A DNA stretch of 63,699 bases, counting the filler, from Octopus bimaculoides (lineage: Eukaryota), in assembly GCF_001194135.2 (NCBI RefSeq). It is 7 parts of 7 records of this genome, joined end to end, with 100 filler letters (N's around TTAATTAATTAA, not from the genome) between each part and the next. Parts side by side here need not be neighbours in the genome. Positions count along the whole stretch, not along the records: positions 48,245 to 59,443 come from NC_068988.1; positions 59,544 to 63,699 come from NC_068987.1; 5 more parts are not named here. One strand, 5' to 3'. The notes below the pieces were generated by a model, which was not told the origin of the DNA, did no database searches, and worked only from the letters and a program-made list of their open reading frames with translations. Positions 53,515-63,699 of the stretch are shown in pieces (within the stretch, counting starts at the first letter, position 1; each line of letters starts with the position of its first letter). Both the position numbers and the translations under genes were made by a program.

Positions 53515-53719
53515 CTCTTCCCTTTCTCAAACATACGCATCTATCTTTCTCTCCTCCTTTTGCCACACCCCTTCTCATTATTTCCTTCGCTCAAGACTTC
53601 GGTTGATATGTGTTTTAGCTCCACTGATATATTTATTTTCGCATGCTTGATCAGCCATATGTTCTCTGCATATTAGATGGACCGAAATAAGGGATCTTAC
53701 ATGTGAGATTACAAAGGCT

Positions 53720-53899
53720 TTAACCCTTTAGTATTCAGATTATTCTGTCAGTTGTAATGCCTATTTATTCATTTTATTTTGAATTTTGATTTTTGCGACG
53801 TGACTTTTCACTTTAGGAACGATATTGTAGGGTAGGTCTGAACAAAAAGAGGTAGCATATTTAGGCTGGATATGGCCGGTTTGAATGCTAAAAGGGTAA
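53720..53899. mobile_element. piggyBac-type MITE (TTAA-CCC termini)
   Basis: Left TTAA-ccctttagtattcag; right ttgaatgctaaaaggg-taa; ~180 bp, non-coding. Confidence 0.7.
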
Positions 53900-55502
53900 C
53901 AGAATCCAAAACATCACTGAAGTCATACATAGACATGACTCTGTTTGAAAAATACCGTTATCATTTGAAGATTGTCTTGGATAGTAGTTTCTGTGCCAAG
54001 TTTCTCAATTCAAATGTCAATGTATATATATAAATTAGCGTTCATTTTCTTGGAGCGCATACCAGTAATATAATTGGAATCAAACTCAGTTGCCTACATA
54101 CACCTCCTCAATATCAGTACTTCCTAGTTTGGTACTTGTTAGTTTCATCTTAATCGTAAATGCTAAGCCCATTGTGGTATATCACCTTCAGTGATAATTG
54201 TTCAACGTTATTCTTATCTTGTCTCTTTTTTTATCCTGATGTCTAAGTGCTGTTGTAGTAGTTAATTACAGGTACTTTAATTATGGCAGCCACTTGCTCG
54301 TAAATGTTGCTGTTGCTGCTGTAGTTGTTGTTGTACTTCTTCTTCTTCTTGTCCATCTCTTCGTTTTCATTATCCTCCTCCTTCTTCTTAGTCCATTTTG
54401 TCTTATTTTCTTCTTTACTTTTATTTCTATTGATTTTTTTCTTCTTTTCCATGTTATTTCGTCGTTAACATTGTCCTGTTACTATATCGTTATTAATTCT
54501 ACTGTAGTTGTCAGACGATTTTGTCTTTGTTATTGTTTTCCTTTCGCTTCGCTATTACACTTTGGCCTCGTTTTCATTGTCTTCAACACACTGACTTTAT
54601 CGTAATATTTATCTCTTACAAATATAGCAAATAAAAGATGTTTGGAAAAGATAAAATAAACAACAAAAACAGGGAATGTTTACCTATTGTGTTGGCAATT
54701 TATAACGTATTCAAGATAGAACTTGCACAGACGAAACTATTCTGAAGTTACCAAGCGAAAAAACGAAAACAACTGTGTGTATGTATGTATGTATGTATGT
54801 ATGTATGTATGTATGTATGTATGCAGGCATGTATGTATGTATATATGAATGTATATGTATTTATGTGGTTATGAACGTATATGTATTTGTGTATGAATGT
54901 AGGTATCTGTATTTATGTGTGTATATATGTAATACCAGAAACAGTATACTGAAGAATGAGTCTAATACAAGATAAAAACAAAACGCTTGGTTAGAGTTTT
55001 TTTTTAAACTTTGACTCAAATAATTTATGCTGAGGCTCGGATGACTTTTAAAATAAATCCAATAATATATACATATGTACGTACGGGTGAGCACAGAGAT
55101 AAATAGATAAAAGGATAAATACATATGATGTATACATATGTATATATCTATGTATATATGTGTGTGTGTGTATTTTTCTTTTATTCCAGATTCGGTTAGG
55201 TTCAAATTGTATCTTCTTTTTTGTTTTTTGTTGTTTTTTTTTTTTGTAAATTAATTTTTGCTGCTTAAACTCATGTTATCTTTCTTTTAAAATAACTATT
55301 CCGTTGAACATAAAGAATTTTTTTAAATTACGCAGAAATAGGATGAAGAAAAATTCAATATCTATACGTGCGCTTGCTGAATGCGTAATTTTGTGAATAA
55401 AGCACTTGTGATTAAAGATGTTTATATAAAGGGTACATGTATTTATATGTGTGTATATGTATTTTATATATATGTATATATATTTTATATATTTATCTCT
55501 CT

Positions 55503-55544
<42 letters not shown>

Positions 55545-55545
55545 T

Positions 55546-55581
<36 letters not shown>

Positions 55582-55692
55582 TTACACACACACGCTCATA
55601 TATGTGTGTATATATATATTTATTTGTGGATGTGTGTGTGTTTCTGTGTGTGTATTGTGGGAGGCATGTCTCTGTGTACGTTTACTCACACT

Positions 55693-55945
55693 GTGCACGG
55701 ATCAGTGGTTAGCGTATTCGGCTCACAATTGTAAGGCCGTGAGTTCGATTCCCAGCAACACATTGTGTCCTGGAGCAAGACACTTAATTTCACATTGCTC
55801 CAGTTTACTCAGCAGGCAAAAGTGAATTGTATTTGTAATTTAAAGGCCCAGCCTTGTCACATTCCGTTTACGTTGAATCTCTCTGGGAACTACGTTGCAT
55901 GTTCATTTTGTGAGTAGGCTCCTCCATTGATTGGATCCGTGGCAG
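55693..55945 (+). mobile_element. tRNA-derived SINE family A
   Basis: cagtggttagcgtattcggctcac..gtgagttcgattccc..ttgtgtcctggagcaagacacttaatttcac; 3' part homologous to the reverse complement of 2405-2560. Confidence 0.85.
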
Positions 55946-55989
55946 TTTAGTTTTAAATATGTATATATATATATAGACACACACACACA

Positions 55990-56231
55990 CAGGGTGTTCG
56001 AAAAGTCTTGCTGCAGTGAATTCAGCCTCAACCTAGGAAATGCTCACACAGCAGTAAAAAAGAAAATAAATTTTATGTATTGAAAATGAAGGACAACACT
56101 TTCAACACGGCTTATAAAGTTTTTTAAAGTCTTGTAAGGTCTAATATATTTTTTTTGAAGTCTTATACCATCTTATAAATATTTATTTTGCAATAAAATA
56201 CTTACTGCGTAGAGACTTTTAGAACACCCTA
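55990..56231. mobile_element. Tc1/mariner-type MITE (~240 bp) with ~27-bp TIRs
   Basis: agggtgttcgaaaagtcttgctgcagt versus the reverse complement of actgcgtagagacttttagaacaccct. Confidence 0.8.
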
Positions 56232-56954
56232 TGTGTGTGTGNNNNNNNNNNNNNNNNNNNNNNNNNNNNNNNNNNNNNNNNNNNNNNNNNNNNNNNNNNN
56301 NNNNNNNNNNNNNNNNNNNNNNNNNNNNNNNNNNNNNNNNNNNNNNNNNNNNNNNNNNNNNNNNNNNNNNNNNNNNNNNNNNNNNNNNNNNNNNNNNNNN
56401 NNNNNNNNNNNNNNNNNNNNNNNNNNNNNNNNNNNNNNNNNNNNNNNNNNNNNNNNNNNNNNNNNNNNNNNNNNNNNNNGTGCATTTAAATTTCTCTATA
56501 CGTGTGTATATGTGCGCACATGCACGTATGTGCCGTATAGTTTTGCACGACTGCATTTGCGTAGTAAAAATGTTCACCTCGCCATTTGTTGTTCTCGTAT
56601 TCGATTCTGCTGCGTTACTCGGAAGGACAAATGCATCGTAAGTAGAATATAGAATATGTACACTTTGCATAGGCCACTGTACACACACACACACACACAC
56701 ACACCTACGTTGGTCTAATAAACTCCAAAGCGAAGTTGATTTTGGTCGCGAAGCTTTTATATCCAGAAACTCGTCAGGCTTGTATTATCCCGTTGTCGAT
56801 TTTCAATAGTACTCAAATGACATTGCTTGGCTGTATGTCCTATTTTCTACGAGTTAATTTGTGAATTATTAAAATTAATACATGAATATCTGTATAGAAA
56901 TGTTGAAAGAAATATACTGAGCTTTGTATTAGTTTTTCATTTATTGTCGTCATC

Positions 56955-57130
56955 TTCTTCTTCTTCTTGTTCCTTAACCAAGTGGTCGTTGGGGTATTCA
57001 CAAAGCATCCAGATAGACGATACAAAGAAAACACGGACAGGTCATTCGGAGTTTTCTCTCTTCAATCGAAATCCAGATTATCTTTGCAATTTCGGCTGGT
57101 TATTCTCGATATTGCTCCAATCTGGCCAGC
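56955..57130 (-). mobile_element. Probable RTE LINE 3' terminus with (GAA)n tail
   Basis: Minus strand ends ccccaacgaccacttggttaaggaacaagaagaagaagaagatga, an RTE-like 3' end. Confidence 0.4.
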
Positions 57131-59544
57131 CCCATGGAAAAACTAAGCTAAGAGCATTAGATTTCTTGGAAGAAAGCAGCGAATGTATACAAAAACAAGG
57201 ACGGAAAAAACGAACAACGTTACACACATACAGTAGGAATAATAACGGGACATAACAACAGATGTCTGTCGACTAAGGACGAATAAGATTAAGCTAGCGT
57301 AAATGGAAATAAGGCCTTACGGCCGGGATACAATATTTCACAGGCACAAGGAGGAATAACGATGTTGCATGCTTAACGGCCGCCCACGAAAGAAAGGTCA
57401 GGCTTGGTCAAACACCGGTCACGTGGGAAGAGAAGAGAGAGAGAGAGGTAGAGGCAAGGGACAAAAGAATTAAGGAGGGGCGAGAAAAAAAATGACAGGG
57501 ACACAGTGTAGTGAAAAGTGGAGGGAGAAGAGAAGGCAAGGAAATGTGTGCGAGGGGGAACGAAAGAACGAACAGTGGAATGAAGGAATAAGGGTGAAGG
57601 GGCTGATAGACAGAAATAGAGTCATACAAGATTTAGAAAAATGTACACTTACATATAAGAGACAAGTGTACGTACGCCGCTATATATATATATATATANN
57701 NNNNNNNNNNNNNNNNNNNNNNNNNNNNNNNNNNNNNNNNNNNNNNNNNNNNNNNNNNNNNNNNNNNNNNNNNNNNNNNNNNNNNNNNNNNNNNNNNNNN
57801 NNNNNNNNNNNNNNNNNNNNNNNNNNNNNNNNNNNNNNNNNNNNNNNNNNNNNNNNNNNNNNNNNNNNNNNNNNNNNNNNNNNNNNNNNNNNNNNNNNNN
57901 NNNNNNNNNNNNNNNNNNNNNNNNNNNNNNNNNNNNNNNNNNNNNNNNNNNNNNNNNNNNNNNNNNNNNNNNNNNNNNNNNNNNNNNNNNNNNNNNNNNN
58001 NNNNNNNNNNNNNNNNNNNNNNNNNNNNNNNNNNNNNNNNNNNNNNNNNNNNNNNNNNNNNNNNNNNNNNNNGAGCGCGAACATGATTTTTCGCTGTTGA
58101 TTTTCGTCTTCGGAGAACAAGATGTTTCATCCCTTTAGTGACATCAACAGTCAATCAGACACAGCTTTTCAGCATAGTTGTGTCTCCTCAGGAGACATTT
58201 CCAGGAACTCTGGGGCTAGATGTAAACAACCATTCTTATCTATAGAATTCAGCGAAGCTAATATTAAATTATTATCGTAAGCAAAACAACGAGAACCGAG
58301 CCATGAATTACTTTTATTTTTTGAAAACTTCAGAAAAAAAATAAATGAGGATAACTCAACAGAGTTTTTGGGAAACATAGGCAAATAAATAAAGATCTAT
58401 CAAATACATCAGAATATTTCCACGTGGACTCCACTGGTAGTAAGCAATACATAGGATAAATGGTAGCAGTTGCAAAGATAATTTATGAATACTCTGTATA
58501 TTAACACGATACTATTTGCATCCAACAGTGAGAGGCCGCGTTAAATCTCACGCTTGCTGGAAGGCCTTAAGAATGAAAACATACATCAACGACACTAAAA
58601 TGTCATGTATGTTTTTTTAGTTTCACCTCAAAGCTGTGTCCATGCTGGAGCACCGCCGTTTTGCTACACTGTTATTATTGCAAGACTCTAATATGTGGTA
58701 TTTGGTGAATTAGGGAGTTTGATGTCACTACTCTCATTTGCACCGCTTGCCGCGAGGTAGGTTCATCTGGGGCTCTCGACAGNNNNNNNNNNAATAATTA
58801 TATATATATATATATATATTGAGATAGATAGATAGATAGACAGACAAAGCATGCGTATGTAAAACACCAATGCTAGAAATAACAGCTAGAACAAACCATA
58901 AGTAATTATTTCTATATAAATAATAACATTCTTTTAAGAGGATGAGTTATCATCTTTCAGGATTAAGATGTACCATTGTTATTGCCATTGGCACTCTTGT
59001 TAAATTATGCGTTTGAATGAGTGTCAATATATATTCAAATATGACAGAATGAGTGCTTGAAGAAAGTTAGTACATGACAGTGCGCATATGTGTATAGGGG
59101 CTAGTGTTTTGAATGTCTGAGAATATCCTAAATGCATTTCAATGTACGTGTAGGGTGAGTACGCAAGTACCTTTCTGTCTATCTTGTTGTATTTGTTGGA
59201 GTGAGCTTTTCAACCATGTTTGTCTGCGTAGTGGTAAATTTATGCTGAGATATATGAGATATGCTTGTAGTTGCGTGTGCAGATCTGTGTGTTGGGGCTT
59301 GGGGGTAGGTGTGTGTGAATATTATTCTTAATACCCTGAACCACTGATTTATGTTTAGAATAGGTAACCGGTGATAAGATATCTATTGGCTATTTATTTT
59401 AATAAAACAAAGTCCACATCCATGCAAAAGCACAGACATATATNNNNNNNNNNNNNNNNNNNNNNNNNNNNNNNNNNNNNNNNNNNNTTAATTAATTAAN
59501 NNNNNNNNNNNNNNNNNNNNNNNNNNNNNNNNNNNNNNNNNNNC

Positions 59545-60245
59545 ATAAACTTAGATATGTTTCGACCAAAGATTGGTCCAGGCTATGTTTAACTTAAGAG
59601 CACCACCTGATAAGATTTGCTAAATCCCTTTTAAGTAAGGTTTTGTGGTCTCAATGTCCATTCAAGCAGCGAGTTCTTGTTGAGTGAGTTGTATCCAGGT
59701 ATAGGTGACTTATCTGGTAATCTTTGAAAATACTTGTCCAGATTCCGTTTAAAGGTGATGGGATCCTTTTCCTCTTTGATCTATTTTAGGACAATGTTAA
59801 ACAGGGCAGGGCCTGCTGAGGAAAAGAGATTGTGTTGCAGTGTTTTTATATGTTGTGATCCTGAATTGGTTATGGGACGTATGGCCCATGGTGCTAGCCT
59901 TGGATGAATTCTGAAACTAATGTTGAGGTCGTTTGTGCAATGCTGATGGTATATTCTCCACATCGTGCAAGTGATGTATCGCTCACGGCGGCGCTGGAGA
60001 GAATCGAGTTTCAATGCTTTAAGGCGGTCCCAATAATCGAGATCAGTCATGCCCTTAATTCTCTTAGCGAACTGGCATGCCCTTAATTCTCTGGGGGGAT
60101 TCAATTTACGAAATGTTTTGTTTTCTATGGGGAGACCACACGGGTGCAGCAGTATTCGAGGTGTGGCCGTACAAAGGAGAAGAACAGAGGACTGATAACA
60201 CCTTGTTCTCTGAACCGGCAGGTTCTTATGATCCAGGAGCTCACC
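59545..60245 (-). mobile_element. CR1-group LINE, 5'-truncated, C-terminus plus 3' end
   Basis: LFFSFVRPHLEYC..SP, FAKRIKGMTDLDYWDRLKALKLDSLQRRRERY, FKRNLDKYFQRLPDKSPIPGY..NSLLEW; terminal hairpin gaccaa-tct-ttggtc (59564-59578). Confidence 0.88.
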
Positions 60246-62052
60246 CTACGTGCTATATACAGTATATATATTATAAATATAAATATATATACATTGTCAA
60301 TATGTGTATATATGTATATACACAGATCTGACAAACGTGTGTGTGTGTGCGTGCGTATATGTGTGCATGGTTACTAGACAATTACGAACTTCACAAGATA
60401 TTCCTTAATTTATCAAATGGAGTATGTTATATATACGTGCATATACATATATGTATAGTGTATATATATACATATACATAAATGCGGATTACCTTATTTA
60501 TAATGTGCGTATATGTGTGTGTATGCATGCGTGTAAATATGAAACCGGTGGCTCACGGACGGCAATGAAAAGTTTTGGTCAGATCCATCGGGTGAAAAAC
60601 AAACTACAATTTCGAAGTTTGAATTCACGGAGCGGATGAAGACACAAGGGAGATTCTGCTGTAATTTAAAATGATAATAACTATTGCCACACCTAGCAGC
60701 AGCTTGGAAGCAATTCTCAATGTCTTAATTAGCATCTTAAATATCCATTGAACTAAATAGTTAAGAGCGATTAAAGAAAATAACGCGTGCAGCTGTTTGT
60801 GTAAATGTCATCGAACCAAACAAAATTTTGTCAGACGTGATGCCAAATTTTTTTCATGGCGAATTTCTTTTCATAATTATGAAGTTCATAGTCACTGACG
60901 ATGATCCGTCAGTTAAATTGGGAATGGTTGTAATATTAGCAATATTAACGATACTAAAAACATGAAATACCAGTTTTCAGAAAAGTAAATATTTTGAACA
61001 CTTATGTACGCCGACGTATAACTCTATTACTGAATGATTGTCGTAAGGCTAAAATACAAAATTATTTGAATTAAGTCTCTATTTCTGTCTGGCTTCAGGC
61101 CAAACATAGAAATACTACTGAACAAATACTGTCATACAAAGTTACAAATACTTTTTGACCTTTCATAATTAGCTCTTTATATTATTTAACTATCATTATG
61201 AATATAAATTGACGCTCGTTGTTCAGGTGAGCGTAATCATCTTGTTACTTTTGAAAATTTGCCTGAAGCATTTGATTGTGTAAATAAGACAGCAATTTAA
61301 GATACTTTTACTTTTTATGAAGTGCAACAGATAACATCAGTTAACATTATAATGCTCTTTTAATATAATTACCATTGTAGATTGTCGTACTCTCAGGAAT
61401 TTCAGAGTGCAGAAATTTCAACTTCAAGGAGACACAATTGTACTTTATCTTTTCATGAATGTTATGAATTGTGGAATGCGTATACGTGCAAGATGAAAAA
61501 CTAAAACTGTCAATAGAAAACTCTCCAGCCGATTGATTCCCTGACGCAAAACTTCCTCTGTTAGCTTTTACTAATGATGCAGAAATTTCAAGTGTTGACT
61601 CCTTGGAAGCTCAATGACAAGTAACAAATTTTAAAACCGTATCTTTAAATATGGGCCTAAAATCCATAATATTTGCTGATAACCGGAACTTCACAATAAT
61701 ATGTACAATCTCAGAGCTCAAATTTTTATTCTCATGGATTTATTTTACCTTTGATATGAAATGACATGGGTAAGATTACAAAAGTTTTACTTTGTCTGGA
61801 ACTGCTTAGTGATAAACACAATTAATAGGATACGTTTTATTACATGCATTGCAGTGATTGTTTTACAGTTGTGAAATCTGAACTGACTACTATAATACTG
61901 CTTGAGGAGATAAACGATATTTAGAACTCTCTTTCTACAAAGAATAAATAACCATATACTATTTATTGATAGCATTTTCCCCCGAAGAGATCAGTGCGCT
62001 TGGCCATGCTCTGAAAAGTTCAAATACAAAACTGGCTACTCTTTTAGATTGT

Positions 62053-62250
62053 GAAGGCGTGCGACCGAGCGATTAGTGGTGTTGCTCGCATGATGGTGGT
62101 TTCGGTTGTTGGACCTGGCAGTACGTTGTGTTCTCGAGCAAAACATTCCATTTCACGTTACTCCTGTCCACTCAAATGTAAATGAGTAACACTACAATAA
62201 ACTAGCGCCCAATCCAGGGGGATGTTGCGATATCGGTCGCTTATTCACCA
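62053..62250 (+). mobile_element. Decayed tRNA-derived SINE (family A-related head, different tail)
   Basis: gaaggcgtg..cgttgtgttctcgagcaaaacattccatttcacgtt.ctcc.gtccactca..aaatgagta..actagcgcccaatccagggg. Confidence 0.65.
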
Positions 62251-62734
62251 CAAAAACGAGTAACACCAGCCTTATAATTCTAGTACTCGAGAGGGCGAGA
62301 GGGTAGAGTCCAGGGAGTTGATGGTGATGATGACGAGGAAGAAGAGGGGTTTGATGACTCTCTTAAATTACAAAATTCAAACGACAGATATTTATCGCAT
62401 CGAAGAAAATTTACAAAATCAGAAGATACGAAAATAAGCATCTTGAAACATCTACTGCATGGAAAACTAATAGCAAAGCATGTTTAATGCAGTTAATCAT
62501 TAGATTTTAATTAAAATTTCATCATGTTGTGAGAAGAAGAATTTTCTAAATTTCCAATTCTGTTCAAGAAGAACAGCAGGTGACTCGACTGAAAATTCAA
62601 TTATTTAATATTAATTGAATATGGAACATAGGGCGACGCTTAACTGAATAAGAAATCGTGGTCGCCTCTTTCAACGCAAAAAGTATTAGTCATTTAGCAA
62701 ATTATTGTTTTCATTACCACTTAATTAATTAAAA

Positions 62735-63075
62735 TTGTTGTGTGGTTCCAAAAGCTCCCTTTGCAAATACAAGGTATTGGGTTCAATCCAACTGCACAGC
62801 GCAGCGGCCGCATATCTACTATAGCTTTGAGCCGACCAATTCTTTGTGGGGAAATATGTGAGATGAAAATGTGTGAATACCCGTCGTGTATATATGTATA
62901 TATCTGTGTGTATGTATGGGTGTGTGGGGGTGTAATTGTGTGTGTCGTTGTGTCTATATTTATCTCCAACAAGGCTTAATAACTAGTCTTATTTACGGCC
63001 ACATAATCTGGCGGTTCGGCAAAAGAATACCGACAGAATATATACCATACTTAAAAGGAAAATAAATACTCGAAA
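62735..63075 (+). mobile_element. Decayed SINE family B
   Basis: gtgtggtt..gggttcaatcc..ctactatagc.ttgagccgacc..cccgtcgt-(ta/tg)n-..gcggttcggcaaaagaataccgacagaat. Confidence 0.75.
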
Positions 63076-63247
63076 ACTCATCATGCTTGCAGTCTAGCAA
63101 CTGACAAAAAAAGACGAGGATAACTAGCTCAAGTTACCTATTGCCTAGTTTACTACTTCGCTTTTACTCACTAGGTGTCACTGAATACATGTTCCCGGTC
63201 ATTTAAAAAAAAAATATGTCTTTCGTTTTGACTTCAAACATTCTTTA

Positions 63248-63418
63248 TATTGGGTTGGTGCATAATTATTGCGGCTTTTTTTTTTCAACAAATTTTATTC
63301 ATCAAAAGCAATAACAACATGTAACAAAAACATCTTTAAATGATTATTCAGGAGAATATTCACCATCTTCTTCAATTATTGCTTCCCATTTGCTTGGCAG
63401 ACGGTCAGACCATCATTT
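63248..63418 (-). mobile_element. Mariner 3' end remnant (TIR plus last codons of transposase)
   Basis: TA-ttgggttggtgcataattattgcggc (Hsmar1/MADE1-like TIR); minus translation DRLPSKWEAIIEEDGEYSPE*. Confidence 0.85.
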
Positions 63419-63666
63419 AAAGATGTTTTTGTTAAATATTGTTATTGTTATATATATATATACATATACATATACATACATAAACGTTTGAGTGCACAAA
63501 CAATAGCAAAACGGAAACTGAATATATGATGAAGAGTCTTTATATATTATAGAAGACTGATTCTCTACAGAATACGTTGGATGCTGAAGATATATTATAC
63601 ACACACAAAATGTATAGACAAATACACAAACATATACACACACGCACACATGCTCATATATATGTA

Positions 63667-63699
<33 letters not shown>

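Overview
AT-rich, gap-riddled eukaryotic genomic DNA from a draft scaffold, with many N runs. The SINE families, extreme microsatellite density and LINE complement suggest a cephalopod, probably Octopus; this is an inference from pattern recognition, not a database search. I find no convincing host protein-coding gene, rRNA, functional tRNA or CRISPR, so the window reads as intergenic or deep-intronic. Almost all long ORFs in the supplied track are translations of microsatellites or N runs. Recognisable content is transposon debris: RTE, R4/Dong, CR1 and L1/Tx1-type LINE fragments, Penelope-like element (PLE) remnants, three mariner remnants, a Chapaev-type transposase 5' part, several MITEs, at least three tRNA-derived SINE families and compound micro/minisatellites. 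Most worth a second look: (i) a ~215-bp fold-back at 12570-12783 with a hammerhead-ribozyme-like core in each arm, next to PLE coding remnants, plus further hammerhead-like motifs at ~4250, ~13950 and ~16370; (ii) R4/Dong copies sitting in (TAA)n tracts; (iii) a SINE family carrying an internal expanding microsatellite. Six TTAATTAATTAA linkers centred in 100-nt spacers are assembly joins, so adjacency across them is unproven.
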